Of a stretch of DNA of 62,060 bases, positions 17,819-28,480 are shown in pieces. The notes beneath the pieces are model-generated. The model searched no databases, was not told where the DNA came from, and saw only the letters and a program-made list of their open reading frames with translations. This DNA is from Acidimicrobiales bacterium (lineage in GTDB: Bacteria > Actinomycetota > Acidimicrobiia > Acidimicrobiales > RAAP-2): assembly GCA_049511155.1 (NCBI GenBank), contig JBEKYI010000001.1:1-62060 (forward strand), written 5' to 3'. Made by a program: the position numbers and the translations under genes. Position 1 is the first letter of the stretch; each line of letters begins with the position of its first letter.

Positions 17819-20523
17819 TCCTGAACTTTAACGGTGCGCTTGCGCCTCGCCGAGACGACGAGCCAGGAAAGAACGCCGAACCACGCAACGACGGTAATCG
17901 CGCTCGCGGCCACGCTGATCTCGATATAGGGCGCACGGTAGTGGAAGTGGATAATCCATCTGCCCTTGGGCACCTGGACCTTTTCGATGAGACCCGTTCG
18001 CTCGACGTTCAGTTGGATGACTTTGCCCGTTGTCTGGTTCACTGCGGTGGCGCGCCACCCCGGCAGGTAGGCCTCACTGCGATCGAGCGCGCTCGCCTTG
18101 GTGAGCGTGACGCTGACCCAGGCGTCACCCCAGATCGCGGTGCGAATGTGGGTGACGGTTCCCGCGGAGGGAGTGAGCAGCCACGCACGAGGCATCAGCG
18201 TGGCGGCCTTGAACACCGAGAACGTATCTTCGGTCGATGTCAGATGCCACTTCGACGTGGCGATCGCCAGTTGAAAGTGCGAGTCAAGTCGATAGCTCGT
18301 CGACGAGTCCCACGGCGTCACGACCGCGTCACCGAAACTGACCCCGCTGGCCGAGGAGACCACGAACCCCGCCGCACGCTCCGTCGCGTCGTTCGCCTGT
18401 ACCGTGAGCGTGCTCGCGTCGCCGGGCAGCGTCCACGAAGGCTCCTTGAGCGTCTTGCCCGCACCAGTGAGGAGTCTGATCGTGATCGGACTCGACGAGA
18501 TCGCTTGTCCGTTGACGCCCGAAAGCGAGATCCTGCCGATCGACAAGACCTGACCGAAGTAGCGCGGGACACTGGGTGCGGGGATCACCCTCTCGCAGCG
18601 CGTGGGCACGGTCGACTGCTCGCTCGTAGGGGTCAGGAGTTCGCCTGAGGCGATCACCACGACGGCCAGTCGCAGTGGGGTGAAGACGCCCTCTTGGAGA
18701 TGACACGCGTTCAGCCATGCTTGGGGGTGCGTGCCGGTCGCGTTGTCGTAGATGTTGGACACCAGGGCCCCGTATCCCTGGACGCTCGCCATATGGGTGA
18801 ACACGTTCATGTTGGGCTGACCCAGTTCGCGGAAGACCTTGGTGTGGGCCCCGCTCTCATCGACCAGGGCGAAGCGACCGTTACTGCTGATCAACTGCTC
18901 GGCGTACGCGCGCGACGCTTCGCGCGGGCCCTGGCCCCCGATGAGGCCGTTGGAGGTGAACAGCAGAAAGACCACGAGGTCCGCGACCAATACCGCTATC
19001 AAGACCGAAACGAGCCGTCGGGAGTGCCGCGCGAGCAAGATGATGGCGAGCACTGCCACCAGCGCGATCGCGAGGTGGATGGCGTTGGTCATTTTCAGAC
19101 CGTCTTCGAGGGCCGGATTCCCGCCCGCGATACCGATCCTCTCGATGACCCACGGTCCCCACCCAATGAGTCCACCCGAGAGCACCACGATGAAGATCGC
19201 CGGAGCAGCCGTCACCCAACGCGAGCGCTTGCCCAGGCCGGCGAGGTCGGGACGTCCTTTCAAGATGTGCTCGAGCCACCAGCCGACCAAGACCGAGGCC
19301 ATGAAGTCGACGAGGATGACGCTGCGGCTCTGCAGACGCGTCGAGCCGTAGAGCGGTATGGCGCGAAACAGGTGCCCGAGGGGGGTGAAACTGCCCCACG
19401 TCGCAAAGAGCCCCACCACCCCGATGACCACGTAGATCATGTAGTCGCGCTGCGCCCCGCGCCAACCGCGCGGAGTGAGGCGCGTGCAGAACGCGGCGGT
19501 GGCCACGAGCGCGATCACCCCGACGTACCCCGTCACTTCGGCGAGGTTGTAGTTGGCGAAGAAGCCCGTTTGACCGAACGCCCCGTTTCCGCCCAGGAGA
19601 TCAGGCGTAAAGAGCAAAGCGGTCCAGTGCACCGCGAGTGAGCCAGCACCGAAGAACGAGTACCCGACGTCAGAGCGCTCGGAGTCCTTGATGAACGACC
19701 ACCCGGGCAGGAGCTGGACCAGTCCGATCCCCAGGCCCCAAGCAAATCCCACCACGAGGGTGGCCAGATAGGCGATCCTCGTGCGCCAGGTCGCGAGCCA
19801 GTACGAACTGCGAAGAATCAGGACGCAGGGAACGACGACGATCGTGAGCAGTTCCATGGTGGCGATGGCGCGCGGCTCCCCCGAGAGAAAGGTGAGCCCC
19901 CACAGGGCACCTTCACCCAGAGTCCACGGCAGGGCGATGCGAGCCAGAGACAGAACGCTCGTCCCTTCAGGCACGCTCGAGATGCGCCGCGAGAGAGCGA
20001 GCATGATCAGAACGGCCCACGGCACGAAGGAGTAGCCCTGGATCACGCCCAGGTGAATCATCTGGCCGATCATCGCCCCGCAGTAGGTGTAGCTGACTCC
20101 GGCGATGAGGGCCGGGGTCGTGCGAACCCCGTGCCAGCGCAGAAGAGCGAACATTCCCACTCCCGCGCTCACGTAGACCACGATCATGTTGATGATCCAC
20201 GCGGTGATCGGCGGGATGAAGGCGAAGATGAGCGTGAGGGGGTACAGCGCGCCCGCGTTCAGTCCACCCAGGAGGGGCGTGCCCGCATTCGTCAACGGAT
20301 TGAGTAGTGGCAGATGTCCCGAGGCGAGTTGGCGACCCGCCAGTACCCGCAGGGGAAAGTTCTGAATCAGATTGTCCGCGTCGATCGCTGGGTGACCAAA
20401 CAGGGCCGGCAGGATAAAGAGGACCAGCGGTATTCCCACCAGCGTGGCCAGGGCCCAGCGATCGCCACGCTGCAAGGAACGCCACCACGGCGCACGTGGC
20501 CCGGGCGCCAGGTCGCTACTCAT
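17815..20523 (-). CDS. Large polytopic membrane protein, YfhO/GT-C glycosyltransferase-like
   Basis: DNLIQNFP...LPLLNPLTNAGTPLLG...LYP N-terminal signature, many TM helices, large extracytoplasmic domain, EAYLPGWRA...VPKGRWIIHFHY before a final TM (YfhO C-terminal pattern). Confidence 0.75.
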   Translation of the reverse strand: MSSDLAPGPRAPWWRSLQRGDRWALATLVGIPLVLFILPALFGHPAIDADNLIQNFPLRVLAGRQLASGHLPLLNPLTNAGTPLLGGLNAGALYPLTLIFAFIPPITAWIINMIVVYVSAGVGMFALLRWHGVRTTPALIAGVSYTYCGAMIGQMIHLGVIQGYSFVPWAVLIMLALSRRISSVPEGTSVLSLARIALPWTLGEGALWGLTFLSGEPRAIATMELLTIVVVPCVLILRSSYWLATWRTRIAYLATLVVGFAWGLGIGLVQLLPGWSFIKDSERSDVGYSFFGAGSLAVHWTALLFTPDLLGGNGAFGQTGFFANYNLAEVTGYVGVIALVATAAFCTRLTPRGWRGAQRDYMIYVVIGVVGLFATWGSFTPLGHLFRAIPLYGSTRLQSRSVILVDFMASVLVGWWLEHILKGRPDLAGLGKRSRWVTAAPAIFIVVLSGGLIGWGPWVIERIGIAGGNPALEDGLKMTNAIHLAIALVAVLAIILLARHSRRLVSVLIAVLVADLVVFLLFTSNGLIGGQGPREASRAYAEQLISSNGRFALVDESGAHTKVFRELGQPNMNVFTHMASVQGYGALVSNIYDNATGTHPQAWLNACHLQEGVFTPLRLAVVVIASGELLTPTSEQSTVPTRCERVIPAPSVPRYFGQVLSIGRISLSGVNGQAISSSPITIRLLTGAGKTLKEPSWTLPGDASTLTVQANDATERAAGFVVSSASGVSFGDAVVTPWDSSTSYRLDSHFQLAIATSKWHLTSTEDTFSVFKAATLMPRAWLLTPSAGTVTHIRTAIWGDAWVSVTLTKASALDRSEAYLPGWRATAVNQTTGKVIQLNVERTGLIEKVQVPKGRWIIHFHYRAPYIEISVAASAITVVAWFGVLSWLVVSARRKRTVKVQE

Positions 20524-20545
20524 TGTTCCCACGCTACGAAAACCG

Positions 20546-20587
20546 CAAGGTCCGTGTCGCGACACGTGCGGCGCGACACGGACCTTG
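20546..20587 (-). terminator. Intrinsic terminator after pnp
   Basis: 16-bp perfect inverted repeat CAAGGTCCGTGTCGCG / CGCGACACGGACCTTG just after the pnp stop, followed by CGGTTTT on the minus strand. Confidence 0.75.
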
Positions 20588-20592
20588 GTTAC

Positions 20593-23037
20593 TTAACGAC
20601 GACGGGGCCGCGGACTGCGACGACTGCCATCGTCGTCACCGTGAAAGCTGGGACCGCCAGGTCCGAGGTCACCGATCTCGCCAGCCAGTTCGGCCTCGAA
20701 GCTCGCTTCGAAGGAACTGTTCGAGCCACTGGAACTAGAACCGCCCGAGTTGGAGCGACCTGAGTTCGAGGCGCCGGAGCGTTCGCGTTCGCGCTCACGC
20801 GGCGGACGCTGTTCGCGTTCGCGACGCGGCTCTTCGACCACGTCAGGGAAGTCACCGACCAGCGACAGCGACACCTTGCCCTGGGGGTCGATGTCGTCGA
20901 CCTTGACTTCGATGGCTTGGCCCAACTCCAGGACGTCTTCGACCTGGCCGATGCGCTTTCCTCCGTTGAGCGGCGCCAACTTCGAAATGTGCAAGAGGCC
21001 GTCGCGGCCCGGCAGGATGTTAATGAACGCGCCAAACTTGGCGATGGACACGACGCGACCCTGATAGATCGCTCCAACGTCCGCCGAGGGCGGATCCAGG
21101 ATCAACGAGATGCGTCGACGAGCTTCTTCGACGGCTCGTCCATCCTTGGCCCCGATGGTGACCGTGCCAACGACGCCGTCGTCGTCGACGGCGATGTCGG
21201 CTCCCGTCTCTTGCTGGAGGGTGTTGATGACTTTGCCCTTGGGCCCAATCACTTCACCGATCTTGTCGATCGGAATCTCCATCGAGACAATCTTCGGGGC
21301 GACCTCGGCGACTTCGCTGCGCGGCTCGGCGATCGTGTCGGTGAGGACCTTCAGAATCGTCAGTCGCGCGTCCTTGGCCTGGTGCAGGGCCTTGGCGAGC
21401 ACGTCGGCGGGCAGACCATCGATCTTGGTGTCGAGCTGCAACGCAGTGACGGCGTCCGCGGTGCCGGCCACTTTGAAGTCCATGTCGCCGAAGGCGTCTT
21501 CAGCGCCGAGGATGTCGGTCAGGGTGACGTAGACGCCGTCTTCGTAGACGAGGCCCATCGCGATACCCGCCACGGGCGCCTTGATCGGCACACCGGCGGC
21601 CATCAGCGACAGGGTCGATCCGCAGACAGAACCCATCGAGGTCGATCCGTTCGACTGCATGACGTCCGAGACCACGCGAATTGTGTACGCGAAGTCCTCT
21701 TCGCTCGGCAGCACGGGAATCAGGGCGCGCTCGGCGAGCGCGCCGTGTCCGACTTCGCGGCGCTTGGGCGCACCCACACGACCGGTCTCACCCGTTGAGT
21801 AGGGCGGGAAGTTGTAGTGGTGCATGTAGCGCTTGAACTCGTCGGGCGAGATCGTGTCGAGCTGCTGGCGCATGCGCGGCATGCCCAGCGTCGTGACGTT
21901 CACAACCTGGGTCTCGCCGCGCTGGAACACCGCGGATCCGTGGGTCATCGGAAAGAGGTCGACTTCGGCCGAGAGCGCACGGATGTCGGCCAGTCCTCGT
22001 CCATCGATACGCACACCGTCAGTCACGACACGCTCGCGGACAAGCTTCTTGGTCAGAGAACGAACGGCGGCCTTGATCTCACTCGAACGGCCCTCGAACT
22101 CACCTTTGAGCTGCTCTTGAATCGACTTGGTCGCGGCGTCGAGGGCCTCGTTGCGCGCGGCCTTGGTCGTGATCTTGTTGGCGTCGGCGAGCGCCTGGTG
22201 GCCGATGGCTTCGACGCGGGCGTAGATGTCGTCGGTGTAGTCCAAGAAGGCCTCGTACTCGAAGGTGGGTAGCGGACCACGGTCGGCGATGAAGTCGCGG
22301 ACCAGCGAGCGCTGCAGGTTGATCGCTTCGCGAATCCAGAGCTTCGAAGCTTCGAGGCCGGCCGCGAGAACTTCCTCGCTCACCTTGGGCGCGCCGTCGA
22401 GGTACTTCTCGAACGAACCCTCGGTGCCGCCTGCTTCGACCATCATGATCGCAACGTCGGCGTCAACCGAGTCGCTGAGCGCGCGTCCGGCCACGATGAG
22501 TTCAAAGGTCGCGGCGTCACCCTCTTGGTAGGTCGGGTGGGCCACCCACTCGCCGTCGGTCGTGTAGGCCATGCGCACGGCCCCGATCGGACCGTCGAAG
22601 GGGATGCCCGAGATCATGAGTGCGGCCGAGGCAGCGTTGATGGCGAGAATGTCGTGCGGGTTTTCCTGGTCCGCTGAGAAGATCGTGCCCACGACCTGGA
22701 CCTCGTTGCGAAATCCCTTCGGGAACGACGGGCGCAGGGGACGGTCGATGAGACGGCAGATCAAGATCGCCTGGTCAGAGAGTTTTCCCTCGCGGCGAAA
22801 GAACGCCCCGGGAATCTTGCCCGCGGCGTAGGCGCGCTCTTCGATGTCCACGGTGAGGGGGAAGAAATCCATCCCCTCGCGCGCGGTCTTGGCGGCGACC
22901 ACGGTGGCGAGCAACATGGTGTCACCGATGCGCGCGAGAACCGCGCCGTCGGCGAGTTGGGCCAGGTGACCGGCTTCAAGACTCATTGTCTTGTCGGTAC
23001 CTGTGATGGGACTACTAACGCGAATCGCGTCGGTCAT
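20593..23037 (-). CDS. pnp: Polyribonucleotide nucleotidyltransferase
   Basis: DFFPLTVD, RLIDRPLRP, RREVGHG, SNGSTSMGSVC, GDMDFKVAGT, plus KH and S1 domains. Confidence 0.97.
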   Translation of the reverse strand: MTDAIRVSSPITGTDKTMSLEAGHLAQLADGAVLARIGDTMLLATVVAAKTAREGMDFFPLTVDIEERAYAAGKIPGAFFRREGKLSDQAILICRLIDRPLRPSFPKGFRNEVQVVGTIFSADQENPHDILAINAASAALMISGIPFDGPIGAVRMAYTTDGEWVAHPTYQEGDAATFELIVAGRALSDSVDADVAIMMVEAGGTEGSFEKYLDGAPKVSEEVLAAGLEASKLWIREAINLQRSLVRDFIADRGPLPTFEYEAFLDYTDDIYARVEAIGHQALADANKITTKAARNEALDAATKSIQEQLKGEFEGRSSEIKAAVRSLTKKLVRERVVTDGVRIDGRGLADIRALSAEVDLFPMTHGSAVFQRGETQVVNVTTLGMPRMRQQLDTISPDEFKRYMHHYNFPPYSTGETGRVGAPKRREVGHGALAERALIPVLPSEEDFAYTIRVVSDVMQSNGSTSMGSVCGSTLSLMAAGVPIKAPVAGIAMGLVYEDGVYVTLTDILGAEDAFGDMDFKVAGTADAVTALQLDTKIDGLPADVLAKALHQAKDARLTILKVLTDTIAEPRSEVAEVAPKIVSMEIPIDKIGEVIGPKGKVINTLQQETGADIAVDDDGVVGTVTIGAKDGRAVEEARRRISLILDPPSADVGAIYQGRVVSIAKFGAFINILPGRDGLLHISKLAPLNGGKRIGQVEDVLELGQAIEVKVDDIDPQGKVSLSLVGDFPDVVEEPRREREQRPPRERERERSGASNSGRSNSGGSSSSGSNSSFEASFEAELAGEIGDLGPGGPSFHGDDDGSRRSPRPRRR

Positions 23038-23054
23038 GGGTGCTCCTTATGTAG

Positions 23055-23155
23055 CAGCATTCGCCCGAATCCCAGTGGGCAACCTTCGCTCACGCGACGA
23101 TCCTCCACTGGCGTTCGGGGCCTCGAATACTGAACGCGTCGACGGCGTCGACGCG
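23055..23155 (-). promoter_or_regulatory. rpsO-pnp intergenic structures: short hairpin plus long bulged stem (putative RNase III site)
   Basis: CGCGTCGAC/GTCGACGCG at 23135-23155. Stacked stems CAGTATTCG/CGAATGCTG, CCCGAA/TTCGGG and CCAGTGG/CCACTGG span 23055-23132. Confidence 0.65.
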
Positions 23156-23165
23156 GGTGATGCGG

Positions 23166-23423
23166 CTAGCGACGAATGCCGAGCCGACCGATCAACGCGC
23201 GATAGCGCTCTACGTCACCTTTTTGGACGTAGTCCAGCAGTCGACGTCGCTGACCAATGAGCTTCATCAGTCCACGGCGGGTGTGATGATCGCCCTTGTG
23301 AACCTTGAGGTGCTCGGTGAGATGCGCGATCCGGTCGGTCAAGAGCGCGACTTGGACTTCGGGCGAGCCGGTGTCCGTGTCGTGGGCTCGAAAGTCCTCG
23401 ATGATCTGTTGCTTCTCGGTCAT
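23166..23423 (-). CDS. rpsO: 30S ribosomal protein S15
   Basis: [13 protein letters not shown]...[22 protein letters not shown]. Confidence 0.97.
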   Translation of the reverse strand: MTEKQQIIEDFRAHDTDTGSPEVQVALLTDRIAHLTEHLKVHKGDHHTRRGLMKLIGQRRRLLDYVQKGDVERYRALIGRLGIRR

Positions 23424-23509
23424 ATAACGTCTGTGCCTTAGTTGAGTCGGGTGTCCCGGTGCGAGCCGTCACGGGACGACCCACGTGATCAGCGTCGCTG
23501 ACCGAGTAC

Positions 23510-24460
23510 TTATCCTAGCAGTTTCAGTTCGTCAGTCGCCGTGGAGGCGAATAGTTGGCGCGTTTGCTCCACGTCGCGGCCTATTTGCGCCACCAACTCC
23601 TCCACACTCTCAAAGGTCATCTGAGCCCGCAGCAAGGAGAGAAACACGACGTCGAGTTCACGTCCGTAGAGCACGCCGGTGTAGTCCACCACGTGCACTT
23701 CGACGAGCAACTGGCCGTCCTCGTAGAACTGAGGCCGCGTGCCCACCGAGATCGCCGCGGGCCACCAGACCTCGTCGATGGTGGTCGCCCCCGCGTAGAC
23801 GCCCTCGGCGGGCAGCGCCTGATCGCTCGCCACGGCCAGGTTGGCCGTCGGAAATCCCAACTCCTCACCCCGATTGTCCCCGTGCTCCACGACTCCGCGC
23901 AGCGTGAAGGGTCGGCCCAAGATGCGCTCGACCTCGTCGAGGTCGCCGTCGGCCAGTGCCGCGCGCACCGCACTCGAGCTAAAGCGAACTCCCTCGCCGT
24001 GGGTGGGCGCCACCACCACGTCGAAACCACGCTCGAGGCCGACTTCAGCCAGGAGATCGGGACTGCCTTCGCGATTGTGCCCGAAGTGGAACCCCTCGCC
24101 CACGAGCACGCACGTCGCGTGAAGCTCGCCAACGAGGACTCTCTCAATGAACTCGCGCGCGGTCTCACTCGAGAGCGCCGTTGAGAAAGTGAGAACGCGC
24201 ACCTGCTCGACCCCGAGGGCGGCCAAGTCCTCGAGACGCTGGTCCACCGTGGCAATCTGTCGCGGCGCGCGGGTCGGTGCGAGCACGCTGGCGGGAGAGG
24301 GATCGAACGTGACGACCGTCGCTGTGGCGTGGTAGCGGCGAGCGAGATCTACCAGTTGGGCGAGGACGGCCTGGTGACCACGGTGCAGACCGTCAAAGAC
24401 CCCGATAGCCACGACCGAGGGCCCGTTCGCGCTGACTCCGCCGTCTCGGCACACTTTCAC
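23510..24460 (-). CDS. ribF: Bifunctional riboflavin kinase/FAD synthetase
   Basis: GVFDGLHRGH, TFDP, FSSSAVR, GFPTAN, EGVY, VEVH. Start placed at GTG 24460, 7 nt after TAGGTT. Confidence 0.95.
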   Translation of the reverse strand: MKVCRDGGVSANGPSVVAIGVFDGLHRGHQAVLAQLVDLARRYHATATVVTFDPSPASVLAPTRAPRQIATVDQRLEDLAALGVEQVRVLTFSTALSSETAREFIERVLVGELHATCVLVGEGFHFGHNREGSPDLLAEVGLERGFDVVVAPTHGEGVRFSSSAVRAALADGDLDEVERILGRPFTLRGVVEHGDNRGEELGFPTANLAVASDQALPAEGVYAGATTIDEVWWPAAISVGTRPQFYEDGQLLVEVHVVDYTGVLYGRELDVVFLSLLRAQMTFESVEELVAQIGRDVEQTRQLFASTATDELKLLG

Positions 24461-24479
24461 GACTGGCAACCTACCGGAC

Positions 24480-25361
24480 TCAGGCCATCGCTGGCATCAC
24501 GACTTCGGGCTGCCACACGTCACCGCGCCGTCGCAGCACGGCCACCAAGTGACCGTCGACACCGAGCGCGGCGACCTCATCGCCGCGTACGTCGTTGAGT
24601 TCGAGGCGCTGGCCCATGCGCAGACGCTTCTCCTCGTCCTCACTCACGTTCACTCGCGCCAGGTGCTCGACGAACGCACTCGGCGCAAGTAGCACCGGAA
24701 TGTCTTCGCTCACGCGGTGCTCGAACTCGTAGTACGTGAGAGCGTCGGCCACCTCATGGTCACCGCTTGACACCCGCCGCAGGGCACTCAGGTGACCGAC
24801 CGTTCCGAGACGCTGGGCCAGATCCGACATCAGCACCCGAACGTAGGTGCCCACCGAGCACGTGACGTCGAAACTCCAGTGATGCTCGTCGATCGGTGCG
24901 ACCGACAGCGTGTACACCGTGATCGAGCGCGGCGCGCGTTCCACCTCTACACCCTCGCGCGCGAGGTCGTGCAGGCGCCGGCCATTGACCTTGAGAGCCG
25001 AGACCATCGGCGGGATCTGCTCCTGATCGCCGAGCAGACTGCTGATGGCGTCGTCGATGACCTCGGGCGTGAGATACGGCACCGGCGCTCGCTCCACCTC
25101 TGTTCCGTCTGCGTCGAGTGAGTCCGTGCGCACGCCGAGCGTGAGGACTCCTTCGTATCGCTTCATCTCGCTTTGGGCGAAGCGCAACAGCCGCGTCGAT
25201 GGTCCCACGCCGAGGATCAGGAGTCCCGTGGCCATCGGATCCAGCGTGCCCGCGTGACCCACTCGTCGTTCGTTGAGCACACGTCGCACGTGATCGACCA
25301 CGTCATGGCTGGTGACCCCGCGGGGCTTGTCGATCAGGAGAAGCCCGTTATTCGTCGTCAT
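24480..25361 (-). CDS. truB: tRNA pseudouridine(55) synthase
   Basis: DKPRGVTSHDVV, GHAGTLDPMATG, PPMVSALK, CSVGTYVR. Confidence 0.95.
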   Translation of the reverse strand: MTTNNGLLLIDKPRGVTSHDVVDHVRRVLNERRVGHAGTLDPMATGLLILGVGPSTRLLRFAQSEMKRYEGVLTLGVRTDSLDADGTEVERAPVPYLTPEVIDDAISSLLGDQEQIPPMVSALKVNGRRLHDLAREGVEVERAPRSITVYTLSVAPIDEHHWSFDVTCSVGTYVRVLMSDLAQRLGTVGHLSALRRVSSGDHEVADALTYYEFEHRVSEDIPVLLAPSAFVEHLARVNVSEDEEKRLRMGQRLELNDVRGDEVAALGVDGHLVAVLRRRGDVWQPEVVMPAMA

Positions 25362-25710
25362 GGTGTTGACGGCGCAGGAGCTCTTCGACGGCGTTGCCGC
25401 TCGCTACGGCGGGGTCGGCGGCGAAGGAGAGCTTGGGCGTTCGCTTCAGGCGCGTCTGGACGTTCACCGAGGCCTGGATCTGGGCCCGCCGTTCTTCGAG
25501 GACGTCTTTGGCCTCGTCCGAAAGAGAGTGCAGGTAGACCTTCGCCTGGCGCAGGTCGGGCGTCGTGTCGACTCCGGTCACCGTGAGGAGTCCCAGGCGC
25601 TCGTCAATATCCGAGATTCGTACGAGCTCATCGGAGATCACCTCGCGCAGAATCTGGTTCACCCGCGCGGTCCGCGGGTACGGGTGACTGGAGCCGGACG
25701 AGCGCGACAT
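25348..25710 (-). CDS. rbfA: Ribosome-binding factor A
   Basis: RTARVNQILREVI, DERL, TPDLRQAKVY, LKRTPKLSF. Confidence 0.93.
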   Translation of the reverse strand: MSRSSGSSHPYPRTARVNQILREVISDELVRISDIDERLGLLTVTGVDTTPDLRQAKVYLHSLSDEAKDVLEERRAQIQASVNVQTRLKRTPKLSFAADPAVASGNAVEELLRRQHHDDE

Positions 25711-25713
25711 GGC

Positions 25714-28419
25714 TTAGGCCGTGCGCGGAATCTCGCGCTCTTCGTACGTTTCGATGACGTCCCCCGATTTGAGGTCCTGGTAGTCCGAGAGCCCGATACC
25801 GCACTCGAAGCCCGAGGCGACCTCGCGCGCGTCGTCCTTGAAGCGACGAAGCGACGTGATCGTGCCCTTCCAGATGATGGTGCCCTCACGCAGGAAGCGC
25901 ACCTTGGAGCCGCGAGTGATGACGCCTTCTCGCACGAAGCAGCCCGCGATCGCGCCCACGCGCGGAATGCGGAACACCTCGCGGACCTCGGCTTCGCCGG
26001 TGACGACTTCTTCGAAGACCGGAGTGAGCAGGCCGAGCATCGCGGCTTCGATCTCTTCGATCAGCTTGTAGATGATCTCGTAGGTGCGAATCTGCACGCC
26101 TTCGCTGGCGGCCAGTTCACGGCTGCGCTTGTCCGGGCGAACGTTAAAGCCAATGATGGTCGCGTTCGAGGCCTTAGCCAGCTGCACGTCGTTCTCGGTG
26201 ATCCCGCCCACGCCTCGGTGAACGATGACGAGTTTTACGTCGTCGCGCTCGAGTTTGCGCAGGGACTCGGTGCACGCTTCGAGGGAGCCCTGCACGTCCG
26301 CCTTCAGCACAATGTTGAGCGTCGCAGTCTCACCGCGCTGAATCTGTTCGAAGAGGTCCTCGAGTCGCGCTCCGCTCGAGGAGGCGACGGGCTGTTGACC
26401 CACGAGGCGCGTGCGCTGCGCGCGGGCCTCGGCCAGGGAACGGGCATGTGCGAGGTCGTGGGCCACGCGCATCTCGTCCCCGGCGAAGGGTGGCTCGCTG
26501 AAGCCCAGGATCTGCACGGGCGTCGACGGCCCCGCGCTCTTGACCTGCTGGCCTTGGTCGTTGATGAGGGCCTTGACCTTGCCGTAGGCGGGGCCGGCCA
26601 CAACCGGATCTCCCACTTCCAAGAGTCCCTTTTGCACGATGACCGTCGCGACGGGACCGCGACCCACCTCGAGGTTCGCTTCGAGCACCGTGCCCACCGC
26701 GCGGCCCGTGGGCCGTGCGACCAGTTCGGCGACTTCGGCGACCAAGAGCACCTGCTCTAAGAGTTCGTCGATGCCGGTCCCTTGGAGGGCAGAGATCTCC
26801 ACGACGATGGTGTCGCCGCCCCACTTCTCGGGCACCAGCGCATGCTCGGAGAGCTGCTGGAGGACGCGATCGGGGTTGGCGTCGGCCCGGTCCATCTTGT
26901 TGATCGCCACGATGATGGGCACACTGGCCAACTTGGCGTGGTTGATCGCCTCCACGGTCTGGGGCATGACGCCATCGTCGGCCGCCACGACCAGGATGAT
27001 GACGTCGGTGACCTTGGCGCCACGCGCGCGCATAGCGGTGAAGGCTTCGTGACCCGGCGTATCGAGGAAGGTGATGGCCCGACCGTGCCAGTTCACCATG
27101 TAGGCGCCGATGTGCTGGGTGATGCCACCGGCTTCGCCGGCCACCACGTTGGTCTGGCGGATGCGATCGAGCAACAGGGTCTTGCCGTGGTCGACGTGAC
27201 CCATCACGGTCACCACCGGCGGGCGGGCGACCGCTGCGATCACGTCGTCCTGGTCGTCCTCGTCAAAGAACTTCGCGAGCAGTTCGGCTTCGCGCTGCTC
27301 CCCCGGGTCCACCATGTGAACGTCCGCTCCGACTTCGGCCGCGTAGAGCTCGATCATGTCGTCCGAGAGACTCTGGACGGCGGTGACGATCTCGCCCTGG
27401 AGGAACAAGAAGCGAATGATGTCCGCGGCACTGCGATTGAGTTTGGGTCCGACATCCTTAGCCGTCGAACCGCGCTCGATGATGATCTCGCCCTCGGGCA
27501 CCGGCGCGTTGCTCGGCTGCCAGGTGGTCATCTGAGTCGGCTCGAGCTCCTCGACGTTGCGCCGCCTGCGACGCGTGGTCTTGCGCTGCGATCCGCGGGG
27601 TCCACCGCCACCGCGCGCGGGACCGCCACTGCGACTGGCACCCGCGGCGGGAGCACCGCTACCGGCTCCCGGTCGCGGCGAGGAGAAACCACCACCCGTG
27701 CCGGGGCGCGAGGGACCGCCCGGGCGCGAGGGCCCGGTGCTCGGACGAGCAGTCATCGGACGACCGGTGGCCGGTCCACGACCGGTGCCCCCCGCAGGCA
27801 TCGGGCGGCGTGCGCCCGGTGGCGGTGGGATCGGGCGGCCACTCGGACTGAGCGGGCGTCCCGGCGGCGGTGGGATCGGTCGACCGGTTGACGACAGTGG
27901 CGGTCTTGACGAGCCGTCACCGGCGCCGCGCGTGCTGGGGCGGATGGTCGTGGGGCCGTCGGGCGACGGGTTTCGAGACGGGGCAGGCTTGGGCGGCGCG
28001 ACGCGAGAACGAACGACCTGCGTGCGAGCAGTCTCGACGGCCGGAGCCGGTGCGCTCGGGGCTTCGGCGACCTGCGTGCGAGCAGCCGGGGCGACGGGCG
28101 CCGCCGTTACGGGCGCGGACGCGGGAGCGGTTGGGGCGGCAGGGGCGTCGACGGGTGCTGCCGACGAGGCGGCCTTGGTGGCCTTGACGGCCTTGGTCGC
28201 TTTCTCAGCCTTGTCCGGCTTCGGGGCGTCCGAGGGTGCCTCACGACGCAGCCCATCGGCGTCCGCGCGGCGCCGGATGCGGTCCGCCTGAGCGTCTTCG
28301 ATCGACGCCGAGGGGCTCGAGGCGCCGATGCCTAATTTTCCAGCGAGTGCGAGCAACTCCTTGCTCGTCATCCCGAGTTCCTTGGAGAGCTCGTGCACTC
28401 GAATTTTCTTTGGAGCCAA
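25714..28419 (-). CDS. infB: Translation initiation factor IF-2
   Basis: [12 protein letters not shown]-terminus, Pro/Gly linker, [32 protein letters not shown] start. Confidence 0.97.
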   Translation of the reverse strand: MAPKKIRVHELSKELGMTSKELLALAGKLGIGASSPSASIEDAQADRIRRRADADGLRREAPSDAPKPDKAEKATKAVKATKAASSAAPVDAPAAPTAPASAPVTAAPVAPAARTQVAEAPSAPAPAVETARTQVVRSRVAPPKPAPSRNPSPDGPTTIRPSTRGAGDGSSRPPLSSTGRPIPPPPGRPLSPSGRPIPPPPGARRPMPAGGTGRGPATGRPMTARPSTGPSRPGGPSRPGTGGGFSSPRPGAGSGAPAAGASRSGGPARGGGGPRGSQRKTTRRRRRNVEELEPTQMTTWQPSNAPVPEGEIIIERGSTAKDVGPKLNRSAADIIRFLFLQGEIVTAVQSLSDDMIELYAAEVGADVHMVDPGEQREAELLAKFFDEDDQDDVIAAVARPPVVTVMGHVDHGKTLLLDRIRQTNVVAGEAGGITQHIGAYMVNWHGRAITFLDTPGHEAFTAMRARGAKVTDVIILVVAADDGVMPQTVEAINHAKLASVPIIVAINKMDRADANPDRVLQQLSEHALVPEKWGGDTIVVEISALQGTGIDELLEQVLLVAEVAELVARPTGRAVGTVLEANLEVGRGPVATVIVQKGLLEVGDPVVAGPAYGKVKALINDQGQQVKSAGPSTPVQILGFSEPPFAGDEMRVAHDLAHARSLAEARAQRTRLVGQQPVASSSGARLEDLFEQIQRGETATLNIVLKADVQGSLEACTESLRKLERDDVKLVIVHRGVGGITENDVQLAKASNATIIGFNVRPDKRSRELAASEGVQIRTYEIIYKLIEEIEAAMLGLLTPVFEEVVTGEAEVREVFRIPRVGAIAGCFVREGVITRGSKVRFLREGTIIWKGTITSLRRFKDDAREVASGFECGIGLSDYQDLKSGDVIETYEEREIPRTA

Positions 28420-28480
28420 AACGTTCCCTTACTTCGCGTCCCCGCACATTCGACGGGCACAGTTTCCTATTCTTTCACAA

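Noticed and set aside
25312-27891. Long plus-strand ORFs antisense to infB (also those opposite pnp, nusA, rpsB, rne, cdsA and MoxR)
   Set aside because: They are shadow ORFs caused by high-GC codon bias, lack family motifs, and fully overlap well-supported genes.
27560-28240. GC-rich quasi-repeats
   Set aside because: They encode the usual Pro/Gly/Ala-rich actinobacterial IF2 linker; there is no repeat-spacer periodicity, so not CRISPR.
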